Shown: piece by piece, positions 24,201 to 34,303 of the stretch
Numbering within the stretch: the first letter of the stretch is position 1
How the letters are laid out: the number at the start of each line of letters is the position of its first letter
From: Lingula anatina
Lineage: Eukaryota; Animalia; Brachiopoda
Direction: 5' to 3'
Assembly: GCA_051362555.1 (NCBI GenBank)
Contig: CM120645.1
Coordinates: 13,268,001 to 13,332,000 of the forward strand
Length of the DNA stretch: 64,000 nucleotides
Translations under genes and position numbers: made by a program
The notes under the pieces: generated by a model
Seen by the model: only the letters and a program-made list of their open reading frames with translations
Databases searched by the model: none
Told to the model about the DNA's origin: nothing

Positions 24201-27200
24201 ATTTGATCATTTTTATAATAATAGGACTTTTTTTTTTACATTGGGTTTCTCAAATTTGAACGACAGTCTCATCTTTTTTTGTGTTCACTTTCAAGATAAA
24301 AATCATTTTCCACCTTAGCTTCTCCTCTCTCTTTTTTTCAGTCAGAACACTTTCAGTGAGGCACTATAAAGGTGCCCATGTCTATAATTAAAAGTTTTAT
24401 CCAAACATTATAAATTTGCCCTTTAAATGAAAATATTGTGTAGCCAAATAAAAGTAACAAAAAGCTATCATTTTTTTCATTATTTCTGTTTTTTCCAGGT
24501 CAGAGGGGTACATCCTGCGTGGTGACAGGTGGTTTTGGGTTCCATACATTCCGAGAGGAGTTTGAAACTGCTCAGGATGGTGAGTTAAGAGAGGCGCAGG
24601 ATGTAATTTGAAATTCGACTGGCTTGTTTGTGTGAAAATAATGAAAATTTTGTATTATGTTTCCCATGACGACTTAAGTTAGATATGTCACTGATGAAAT
24701 ATTCTTACAGAATTTATTGACAAAAAGCTTTAAAACATAATTTGTCAGATAGAAATTATGATATAATTCTGTTCTCTTTTTTTTATGTACAGACACAGAT
24801 GTGTCTGTACATATTGCCATCACCTGCGTCTGTCGTCGCCGATGGCGATGCCGATGCCAATGCCGATGCCGGCGCCGTGCTCTTTCCTTGTAAACACGAT
24901 AAGTGGAGGGCAGTTTTACTTTTTGGCTTTATATTTACAGAGCTGATGAATATTCATAAAACGCAGGTCAAGTTCGAAAATCAGCATGATCGGGCCATTA
25001 TTGTAGAAGTTATGCTGTTTTTTCACTTTTCAGCATATTTTTCACATTTCCTCAGATTCAATTCTTAGGCATGTTAACAGTCTCATTATTAAACTAATAA
25101 GATACGTAAAAGTGTTTGTTTGACATTTCCTGCATCTTTTCAACATTGTTAGTTGATTTTGTAAAAATGATGGTAAACTTGTTATCGTGTATTGTGTAAT
25201 AAAGTTTCAAAAATGGAAATAAACTCATATCATTACAGTTTGTCAGATTCAATCATTCACTATGTTCAGAATCTCAGAATGGAGGAAATTGGACATTTAA
25301 CACTGTTGTATTGATATTTTTCCCATCTCATCAATTTTCTTAGTTGATCGTATAAAAATGGCAGTAACCTGTTAATTTTGTTTTATGTTAAAAAAATTGT
25401 TAAAAATAAAAAAAAAAAACATTTCAGAACAGTGCTGTCTTTGTTTACATTTTGGCATTTTCAAGTTGTGACATTGAAGTTCCATGGGCCTGAAGACCTT
25501 TGCTAGTCACATTTTCTGAATATCCATGATACTAATATTTTATTATTAAAAATTGATGGTCATTATGCTGTTAAACATTATGTAATATTGCATCAAAATC
25601 TGAAAAAAATCTATTTTGGGCACTGCTCCCATGATGACCATTTAAGAAAAACCATGTCACTTACTGTTCTCAAACAGTACAGTAAATAAGTACAGATGTG
25701 TCTGTACATATTGCCATCACCTGCGTCTGTCGTCACTGTCACTGGCGCTGGCGCCGTGCACTTTCATTGTAAACACAATAAGTGGAAGGCAGTTTTACTT
25801 TTTGGCTTTATATTTTCAGAGCTGATGAATATTCATAAAACGCAGGTCAAGTTCGAAAATCAGCATGATCGGGCCATTATTGTAGAAGTTATGCTATTTT
25901 TTCACTTTTCAGCATATATGCAACCCTGTAAACGCATTTTAAGGAAAACCGTTAGGCCTGTTGTCATGAAACTCACAGGAGTAATCAATCTTACTAAAAT
26001 GCAGGTCAAGTTTGAAAATCGGCATGATCGGGCCACTATTTTAGTTGTTATGCTGTTTTTTCATTTTTCTGCATATATGCAACACTGTAAACACAATATA
26101 CGAAAAACAGATAGGCCAATTGTCATTAAACTCACAGAAGTGGTCATTCCTGCTAAAATGCAGGTTGAGTTCAAAAATCAGCATAATCAGGTCATTATTT
26201 TAGAAGTTATGCTGCTTTTTCACATTTCCTCAGATTCAATTCTTAGGCATGTTAACAGTCTTATTATTTTACTAATAAGATACATAAAAGTGTTTGTTTG
26301 ACATTTCCTGCATCTTTACAACATCGTTAGTTGATTATGTAAAAATGATGGTAAACTTGTTATCGTGTATTGTGTAATAAAGTGTCAAAAATGGAAATAA
26401 ACTCATATCATTACAGTTTGTCAGATTCAATCATTCACTATGTTCAGAATCTCAGAATGGAGGAATTTGGACATTTAACACTATTCTATTGATATTTTTC
26501 CCATCTCATCAATTTTCTTAGTTGATCATATAAAAATGGTAGTAAACTGTTAATTTTGTTTTATGTTAGAAATTGTTAAAACTGGAAAAAAAAAAAAACA
26601 TTTCAGAACATTGCTGTCTTTGTTTATATTTTGGCATTTTCAAGTTGTGACATTGAAGTTCCATGGGCCTGAAGACCTTTGCTAGTCACATTTTCTGAAT
26701 ATCCATAATACTAATATTTTATTATTAAAAATTGATGGTCATTATGCTGTTAAACATTATGTAATATTGCATCAAAATTTGAAAAAAATCTATTTTGGGC
26801 ACTGCTCCCATGATGACCATTTAAGAAAAACCATGTCACTTACTGTTCTCAAACTTACAGGAAAGAAACATGGGACTAAAATACAGCTTCAGTAGGCAAT
26901 GCAGTCTGTTTGGTAATTCTTACTGACAGTTAAATGTTTTTTTTTGTGAAAATTTAATTTTTTCACATATTGACATTTTCAAGGTGTGACTTTGAAGTTC
27001 CTCGGGCTTGAAGACCCATGCTAGTCACATTTTCTGAAAATCCATGATACGTATATTTTATTATTAAAAATTGACGGTCATTATGCTGTTAACCATTATG
27101 TAATATGGCATCAGAATAGAAGAAAATGCAATTTTGGGTGCTGCTGCCATGATGACCATTATGGGAAAACCATGTTACTTATGATTCCCAAACTTTCAAA

Positions 27201-27739
27201 AAAGTAATACAGGACTAAAATGCAGCCCGAGTTGGAAAAGCAGTCTAATTGGCTTCTTTTTCTGGAAGTTATACATTTTCACAGTGTGAACTTGTTACAC
27301 AATTTACTTACATTGGTATTACCTGTTGAGCATAGTTAAAATTTGATGTTGAATTTGCAGTTTAACATAATGTACTTTTGCATCAGAATTGACAGTAGCC
27401 TATTTTGTGCATAGTTATTTCCTGTTTTTTGTCTGTACATTTGACAGCTTTGCTGCCTTGTCTTAGTTTTGACCTAAAGCTTATCTTTTTTTTCATAAAT
27501 ATTACCAACTATAATTAAAATCACAAATTAATTATGTGTCAAAATAACAGAAGAATTACATTGTTTTTCCAGAGAAGACCTATGGCTATATAGCAATGTG
27601 GGATGGAGGGTTGGACCAACATGCCAGACAGCTGCAGGAGTATCAAAAACGACGCCACGGGGGCTTCATGGACGCCGACTCCATGTCTGTTCACTCCGAC
27701 TCTTTCTCTGTACTAAAAGAACAGCAGGACTGGAGGTGA
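505..27739 (+). CDS. LRRK2: LRRK2-like ROCO protein kinase (LRR-ROC-COR-kinase-WD40), 5'-truncated by window edge; 32 coding exons
   Basis: Phase-consistent GT-AG exons read by hand: 505-690, 1122-1217, 1688-1827, 2178-2295, 2651-2780, 3196-3258, 3474-3570, 4099-4153, 4419-4544, 5020-5178, 5525-5628, 6193-6418, 6597-6668, 7076-7161, 7546-7670, 8051-8154, 8463-8536, 9016-9145, 9593-9757, 10012-10116, 10623-10748, 19620-19727, 20066-20194, 20846-20947, 21331-21444, 21851-22026, 22576-22660, 23057-23235, 23540-23677, 23978-24174, 24499-24579, 27573-27739 (TGA). Motifs: LRR ([32 protein letters not shown]), ROC P-loop [51 protein letters not shown], kinase [35 protein letters not shown]40-like tail. 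These resemble human LRRK2 as recalled; no database search was run. Confidence 0.92.
4819..4862. repeat. (TG)n microsatellite
   Basis: Directly visible. Confidence 0.9.
9195..9257. repeat. (TATC)n(TA)n microsatellite
   Basis: Directly visible. Confidence 0.9.
11686..11795 (+). promoter_or_regulatory. Core promoter of UGT copy A (GATA site, E-box, NR half-site, TATA box)
   Basis: TATAAA at 11750-11755, 46 nt before the ATG. The block agcttatcttcacagctgtttgactgatccagttgctgcctgaactctgct is conserved upstream of copy B. Confidence 0.6.
11796..13385 (+). CDS. UDP-glucuronosyl/UDP-glycosyltransferase (GT1), intronless, 529 aa, nested in LRRK2 intron (copy A)
   Basis: Single ORF from ATG 11796 with signal peptide, UGT signature [21 protein letters not shown]...[12 protein letters not shown]-terminal WYQYYLLDV plus TM helix and basic/dilysine-type ER tail (RKKQKVQ). 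Confidence 0.95.
   Translation: MAAFHFIQYLLVISVTLVPRVIDGEKILIFPCTYVFNSRTMNLEKISVMLRDHGHSVSMLVGDRYKPKMNISGIELIVYKMPELWVNKGGELDLNTTMNYVEKNPMPFVKEFEKVDNLLAENLLEDQQLVKHLKAAGFSLFFVDISNMAANYFLMEYLNIPSIAYNNFGFFDSWFCFNQPYFPSFMPHVFTDFTDNMTFTERLQNFDLLMEAEDWGNEKIETMDKLKQKYLPNENWPSARHTYQRMSLMIAANVNFAFDYPRPVMPHVKPISGLLWTPPKPLPKFYADIMASATKGVILMSFGTLVPTLPKDKAEILAKVFAKLPQKVIWRYQGVAPKFLGKNTYLVDWFPQNDLLAHPATKLFITHCGVSSTWETLYHAVPVVAIPLLWDQQHQARKLKERAKIGEIVVFSSLSEEALETAINKVLNDRSYKENAVRMSKLLQDTPMSGQEELLFWVNYVIRHNGTLHFHSQAAYSLNWYQYYLLDVIAYKLLVQGLCYALYLLLGVISWKLLKKILTMFQRKKQKVQ
13868..13976 (+). promoter_or_regulatory. Core promoter of UGT copy B
   Basis: TATAAA at 13931-13936, again 46 nt before the ATG. Same conserved block with GATA (cttatct) and a TGACCT half-site. 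Confidence 0.6.
13977..15572 (+). CDS. UDP-glucuronosyl/UDP-glycosyltransferase (GT1), intronless, 531 aa, tandem paralog (copy B)
   Basis: Single ORF from ATG 13977 with the same UGT signature, TM helix and KKKKVH dilysine tail. Nearly identical to copy A in the C-terminal half. Confidence 0.95.
   Translation: MATFHLIQHVVILSLVLLHVPMESDGEKILIFPCTHIFNSRTLNLEKISVMLRDHGHTVSMLVGDHYKPKMNVSGIELIVYKMPELWVNKGGELDLNTTMYYVEKDPMPFVKEIEKVDYMMAENLLEDQQLVKRLKAAGFSLLFVDMSNMAVNYFLREYLDIPSIAYNNFGFFDIWFYFNQPSFPSYMPYILTDFSDNMTFTERLQNLDFVIEAEEWANEKIETMDKLKQKYLPNENWPSARHTYQRMSLFIAANVNFAFDYPRPVMPHVKPISGLLWTPPKPLPKFYADIMASATHGVILMSFGTLVPTLPNDKAEILAKVFAKLPQKVIWRYQGVAPKFLGKNTYLVDWFPQNDLLAHPATKLFITHCGVSSTWETLYHAVPVVAMPLLWDQQHQARKLKERAKIGEIVVFSSLSEEALETAINKVLNDRSYKENAVRMSKLLQDTPMSGQEELLFWINYVIRHNGTLHFHSQATYRLNWYQYYLLDVIAYKLLVQCLYYAMYLSLGVISWKLLKKILTMFQGKKKKVH
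17600..17886. mobile_element. MITE with TA target duplication and internal palindromic repeats
   Basis: TIRs cggaagccgactggtgccatatgt...acatatggcaccagtcggcttccg flanked by TA on both sides. Five copies of the 20-bp palindrome tatctcgaaatttcgagata inside. A truncated copy lies at ~16781-16863. Confidence 0.8.
18137..19140. repeat. 146-bp tandem satellite, ~7 near-identical copies
   Basis: tctccaaaactggcagag recurs at 18141, 18287, 18433, 18579, 18725, 18871, 19017 (period 146). Confidence 0.95.
20148..20425 (+). repeat. 58-bp tandem repeat spanning LRRK2 exon end and 5' splice site (~4.8 copies)
   Basis: Unit atgttatatat(g/c)tctgcc(t/c)(t/c)aagtatgtgccagaggagagacctacc|gtaagtttgac; GTAAGT donors at 20195, 20253, 20311, 20369. 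Confidence 0.92.
21204..21266. repeat. (TA)n microsatellite
   Basis: Directly visible. Confidence 0.9.
21536..21703. mobile_element. MITE with CAGGGG-type termini and 5-bp TSD (ATTAT)
   Basis: Imperfect TIRs caggggttgattgaggccgttttctga / tcagaaaatatttctggatataccccta; ATTAT directly flanks both ends; second copy at window start. Confidence 0.6.
22675..22832. mobile_element. Degenerate copy of the foldback MITE at 54279-54454
   Basis: gcattcaggacagtagactaacagttcgacggatcaaatatggctgccccacttgaat resembles the arm of the 54.3-kb element. Confidence 0.5.
24783..27467 (+). mobile_element. Second Helentron-type non-autonomous element (different family) in last LRRK2 intron
   Basis: 5' hairpin atgtacagacacagatgtgtctgtacat (24785-24812) followed by a gccgat microrepeat; 3' subTIR tgtctgtacat (27430-27440), short hairpin and ttagttt end in T-rich context. 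The 5' part restarts at ~25691; internal ~160-bp repeats (gcaggtcaagttcgaaaatcagcatgatc at 25842, 26001, ~26160). Confidence 0.7.
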
Positions 27740-30700
27740 AATAAAATTATTTACCAATGACAATCTGAAATAATTCAGTGGTTCAGAAAAGAAACTGGTG
27801 ATTTAGAAGCCATCTAAGCCTTCCAGTGGAAAAGAAATGTACTCCATAAGTGTGCACAATTTGTGGCACCAAGGATGGATCTCCTCTGGTAAAGTGTGCA
27901 GGATCTGAAATGTAGCTTCAATCAGAATCATATCATAAAACAAAGGGGACCTGTCATTTAAGTGCACAGAATATACAGATAGCATTGCCTTGTTGACTTA
28001 TAGATGTACATTTTGAACATTCAGATGTCTCATTTGTATACCCATGAGGTGAAAATTCAGAGGCCATGTTTGTTCACTGGGTCACATTACCCAACAGACT
28101 ACCCATACATTAATATCTAGATACTGACAATGAATTTTAAAAAAAATGAAATCATTGGAGGTGATGATGTGATACCATATGGTCAAATTTATTCAGAGAC
28201 AGAGCAGGCATAATTCATGGAACCTAAGTTATCATAATATATAGTGAAGAATTTGATACATTGTTAAGTGTATCTTTTGCATGTCTTTTTGTTTCAAATC
28301 TGTGAAAAGATGGTGTGTATATACAGTTTTGTATCATATTGTATTTTATATTGTAACAAATTAGTAGCATTTTCAGTGAGGTGCACTTAATATTTTGAAA
28401 AAAAAAGCCCAAAGACTTGATATGGTCTAATGGGATCAATGTGTGCTTGTAACATGGGTTAGTATACCTCAAAGAAGGCAAAACTTACAAGGAAAAGTTC
28501 AAAGTGACTGCAACTTACAGGACAGAAAATATTCTATTACTTCATGGCTGTTCTAAATGTTATTATAGACATTCCCTTATTAGCAAAGGCCTTATATATT
28601 TTCTTTACTTTGTTCAACTTACAGTTCATATTAGTGATATAACTAGTTTTCACTTAATTTTGAGAAAGACGTTTATCAGGGGTGCACTAAACAATCATTT
28701 TTGTTAATATGCAGTGGTGAAAATAGCTTTTGCTGGTGACATTGTACAATAAACATTCCATGTTATATAAAATATTCAACAATCATAATGTGATAGATCT
28801 ATGTGTTCCCAATTTATAACTTTTCTCTTAGATATTGATTTGTACAGTTCTCTTACATAACCTAATCAAAATTTTGTATACTGCTTTATGTACTGTGCAA
28901 GTTGATGTAACTGCCTAGAAAAGTATGCATCTTCAGATTTATTTCAATTTATAAAATGTTTGTAAATATATTTGTTTAATTCTTAGTATGTTGTTTGCAT
29001 ACTTAACTTATTTCCTGTAAGATATAATTATTGTACCTGTATTTTCCTTTGACTGATATAAGACATCACACTCAAATAATATGTATAATTGTAAATTTGT
29101 TTTTGACATTTTTATTTATAGATTTGAACTTACTCATTTGCACAAAAAAAAATTAAATCAGCATTAAGTCAACATTACAGGTATATGATACAGAAATGCC
29201 TTCTTGTGGGTGATTTCCTTATGTTTGAGGAGAAAAGGAGAAGAAGAAGTTAAAGAAATTGGTGTAATTTGTACAGTTTTCAAATATGGGAGATATCAGC
29301 AGAGGTTACAAATGGGTTCCTTTTAATAGTATCCTGTCCTTCAATCCTTGTGTAATGAAACTGACCACACTTCATAAAGCTGACTGTTTTATTGCTGCAC
29401 ATCAATTTAATATTTTCTGTTATGTTACTTGAAAATATATTTTTGCACAATTGTCAACAAATGAACTATTAGTTATCACAGTTTGTTTATTTATTTATTT
29501 TCTTTATTGCTGTGAAGTATGTAAAAAAATCAAATATCTTAATAGTAATTCATGGTGCTGATTTAACATGTCAAAATTTAAATTTTATTGTCAAGGGTGA
29601 GCATGTAGCTTTAAGTTAATTATTATTATTTTAAAATCCTGTTTGGATAGCAGACTTACATAATAAATAGCATTATTTATTGTTAAAGTTCTCTGTTCTA
29701 ACATGTAAGTGGAAGTTACGCTAAAATTTAACATTAATAGCTTCTGCAAAATGTTAAATTTTTTATTGTGTAATAAATAAAACCTTTTTGTCCTAATGTC
29801 ATGATGTATAGTACTGTTCATTATGCTAATTGTCTCATTTACATACTCTTACAAATTAAAATCAATGCTTCCCTATTAATTTAATAACCGTAGACATTAT
29901 CATCTTTATAATAATGATAAAATGAAGCTTAAGTGTTGGTTAATTGCCAGGCAATTTAAAGCACACCCAATGGAAATGAAGTGTAAGGTTTCTCAAATGT
30001 TTGACTCCGAAGTCTTTAACTTTTTTCTTTTGTTTAGGTTTTTTTTTCTATGCAACTTCAGACTATACTTTGTAGAAAAGGTTATTAATCCTCCCACTTT
30101 CAATGATGCATTATATTTAGATGTCAAATCTTTTCCTTTGGTAGACATTCTACTCAGCTTAATTGTTTTTTTTTTTTTTTTAGACATTCTACCCAGCTTA
30201 AGTTTTGTTGTTTTTTTTTCTAATGGTGGTTTTGCAAAGTGGCAATATTAAATAATTAAGGGTTGTCATACATCTAACGATTAGGCCAAAAATTGGACCT
30301 GCTTCAGTTAAATATATATCCATAGCAGTCCCTGGTTTTCATGACATACACTGTACTGTACAAAGCAGAAAATGCACACTTTAAATGTAAGGCAGAAAGA
30401 TGACTGATATTCATTAATAACTGAACTTGATTCAGTAGAATTTGTAGTGAGATACCAAGGATTTCAATGCTGAACAAGATGTTAGGTAGTATCTTTTGAG
30501 AGAAATTGTCAGTCCATTTACTCGTTTAAATTTAATGTGTATCCAAATTATTATTTTTTTATTGATGAATGGTACACAATAAATATAACCAGGCTTGATA
30601 CTTGTAAAATTCCAAGATATATATGTATATGATGACTGGGTTAAATTTAAAATATTTTAGACCTAAGTGTTTAAAGATATTACATATTTGCAGAGTAAAT

Positions 30701-30844
30701 CAATTCAGATACTACACATGGCCATTTACCCAGTTAACACAACATTTTGATAACATTGCCACAGGGTTATATATAGATTAGACCATAGCAAACGTTAACA
30801 TGACATTATTCTAATGTTCTTCACTGTCCATTTCATTTGAAAGA

Positions 30845-31270
30845 TGTCAGGTGGGGATAGTCCATTCCAATCCAGGGGTGTCAGGTGGGGCAAGTGCATT
30901 CCATTTCAGGGGTGTCAGGCAGGGTGAGTCCATTCCATTTAAGGGGTAACAGGTGGGGTGAGTCCATTCTATTTGAGGGGTGTAGGGTGAGATGAGTCCA
31001 TCTTATTTGAGGGGTGTCAGATAGTGTGAGTCCATTTCATTTGAGAGGTGTCGGGTAGTGTGAGTCCATTTCATTTGAGGGGTGTCAGGTGGGGCAAGTT
31101 TATTCCATTTAAGGGGTGTCAGGTGGGGCCAGTCCATTCCATTTGAGGGGTGACAGGTTGGGCAAGTTTATTCCATGATTGGGGTTATATTTAGGGCGAT
31201 TCCATTTTATTGTAGGGGTAGACAGTTGGGTTGGGTCCATTTATGCAAGAGGTGACAGATGTATAGAGTC
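30845..31270. repeat. ~37-bp G-rich minisatellite (~11 diverged copies)
   Basis: Unit approx. tgtcaggtggggcaagtccattccatttgagggg. Confidence 0.85.
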
Positions 31271-33969
31271 CATCCATCAGCAGGGGGGATGAATTTGTTT
31301 CATTTTGCTGTAGAACAAAAATTTAATGTGAATTTTTAAAAAGCTGATTTAAAAATTCATACAAATCTAATCTATTAATATGGGTGGTTGGAGGAAACCG
31401 TTTTTAATATTATCTTTCAGTGTTAAAACGGCTTACATGCTCAAATTTCATTCTTTACAAAATGCCGGGCACATTTCTCATTGCATTGACGACTTTCAAC
31501 TTTTTAGATTACTTTAGGTAGCATAAAAATAATAGAGTCTGAAGACAATTTTAAAAAAGAATTAAAAACTTATATCTTCAAAAAGTTTTATAATCAAGTT
31601 AACTGGCTGTTATCTTTTACACTGTACAATTTATTTTTAATATCTTAAAATCCCAACTGTCCTTTAGTTCAGATCTTATTATTTTAACTAACTTTTCATT
31701 TACTTTAGTCATCTTGTTCTGTTCATTTTACCCATGTAAAGTCTACTGAACATTTTATATGGATTTTAGACTATGAATAAATATTATTATTATTATTACA
31801 GAAGACCGTCAACCACACAAACTAGATCAGTCCTCAAACATGAAATAATACTACTCATTTTTCCTTATCATTACTTCTATATTAATCATTATAATTTCAT
31901 AACAAAAATGCTGAATTTTAAAGTATTTATTCAGTTTTGTTATAATAGATGCACGGATGAGCGTGGGGTTCTGGGCACCCGACCGTGGGTTATTTGCAGG
32001 CGCATGTTGTTAAGAATCTCGTTGAGCTTCTGAAAAGAGAAAGTAATTTTCACATATTGTAACACTTCAAGTGAGCTACATGTTAACGCAAATTAGAAAA
32101 GGGCAAAATATTTAATATACAAATTTTCTTCGAAGAATTTCACAAAAACATTGCGCATAATTTTGTTGTGCAATTAACTTTTAATATAGTGAACCGTGTA
32201 ATGGTTGGAAAACATACGGCAGACTGAAGACGGCAGGCTGAATAAAATATGTATCTGGGAAATCATTATTTACTGTGCACTTAAAATGGGCATATGCGTG
32301 TCTTTACTGTTTTATATAAAGATCTTTGAGAACTTATCAATCATAAGCGAAAACAGAGAACCCGATTTTCATTTGAAACTGAGAACCATTAGGGCTAGGA
32401 TAGTACGTTACCTTACAGTGATAATAATTCATTTCTCAAAGTAGCGTTACAAAGGTTTCAGCACTGCTATAAACATTATAAATAATAACAAAAAATGCAA
32501 ATACTGATTTGTTTAAGGTAAAAATCAATAAAAAGGGAAGGAACTTAAGATTATTTAGTTTAAATAAAAAGGTTTTGAAATTCCTTTTTGAACTATCGCG
32601 CTTGTCGTCAAAAGAGACGTTTGTATTGTTGATCAACTTTGACCATAGAATTTCACTGTGGAATTGATATAGGCCCTACACATTGACTGGACACGCTTAT
32701 CTTTGGATCAGAATCTCCGAACTGGGACAAACATCATCTAATAAATTCATCAGTGAGTAGTACGTATATTTAAACACACACACACACACACGCCATTTTT
32801 TAAAAAAAATAGATTGAAATGTTCGTTATCAATTATCAAGGGGAACACAAAATATTCAAACAGAGCTAAAGTGTGCAGACCTAAAAGATTTAAGCAATCT
32901 TAGGTTATCATCAAAGGTGAGAGCGCCCTTCATTCCGTGCATTCAGTTTGGAGTCCCATTTTCTATCTGAGTGACATACAAATAAAAATGGGAATAGTTG
33001 TACAAGGATTCATGTTGTTTCTTTCGTCTGCGCCTTTAGCATTCAATGCTGGTGATCATTGTAAAAAAAAGGTGATACTCACATACATGCATTTGCCTCT
33101 ACGCCTTGTAAAAGGTCACCCTTGTGACTGCACCACACATTTTGTTGCGTCTACACCCCACCGTGTCCAACAGTCAAGTGAGCGTTCGGGAAGACAGCTC
33201 GCACTACGATGAACAACTTATTGTTATGCAAATAACAACAGGTATGTCTCATTAAGGTGGGAGTCTGTAACCGAAACTGTTCACTAATGTTCAGTAAGTC
33301 CGTTTTATAGATGTCACGTACAGTACAATTACGTTACCACAGGATTACAATGTAGGCCTATTATATTGGTTAGACCTTCAGTAAGTGAACGTTATTTTAA
33401 CCTTTTACACTGTCACTATTAGCATAATTATTCCGAGCAGCAGCTTATTTTAAAATTTCGGTTTGGGTTAGTTGGCGACCAGACCTGTGGGGATTTTAAA
33501 ACCTTTTGACTCTCGGTCCGAAAAAAAGACGGAAAGCATAAACTATTATAGTCAAAACACCTCCCATGTCGTACCGGGTAGTGTTCATTACTTACGGCTA
33601 CTTACATGAAAGATTAAACCAAGGACGTATATTGAATATTCAATATACGTCCTTGATTAAACAGACATCAATACTGTTACGCATATTATCAAAATTATTA
33701 AAAGAGGGTTTAAAAGGGGCATTGATAGTTTTTTGGTGTTTAGGATGAACTAATTAATTGTTTTAACCTCATTTAAGAAATACTTTCCAGTTAATTTGCT
33801 CGCAAGCTCAGCTGACACAAGAGTGGATAAGACCAGCTGTACGTACGTTCGGATGCTATGAATACCGTTGCGAAGGTCACAAACGTTTGATCCTATTCAT
33901 ATGAAGGTTCACAAACAACTAATCGACATTAGAGGATCACAATTTAATATATTATATATTTTTAATGTA

Positions 33970-33985
33970 CAGGGCCGTAGCCTCC

Positions 33986-34016
<31 letters not shown>

Positions 34017-34136
34017 GGGGCCAGCTGCCCCCCCTGGAATTTGGAATTTTACACACCACACCCTCCCCTTTCGGTAGCTTCGCCCCCTCGTGCCCGCTTA
34101 CTGCCCCCCTGGCATTTTGCTCAGGCTACGGCCCTG
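33970..34136. mobile_element. MITE, TIR cagggccgtagcc, 5-bp TSD ATGTA
   Basis: cagggccgtagcct...aggctacggccctg with ATGTA on both flanks; internal poly-G; inverted copy at 47051-47207. Confidence 0.85.
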
Positions 34137-34303
34137 ATGTATGACAAACATCACAAGTATATAACATAATAAAATTTATGATAAGTATATTCTTTAGTTT
34201 CTTTCTTTCACGTGCCAAAAACTTTACTTTTTATTTTTATTTTCAGTACGAAACGGATAACGTACACATTGAATGTAGAGTCCATAAAGAATACTGATAT
34301 TCA

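Noticed and set aside
24742-26301. 108-aa and 201-aa ORFs with internal repeats
   Set aside because: They are translations of the ~160-bp internal repeats of a non-autonomous element; no ATG context, domain or splice support.
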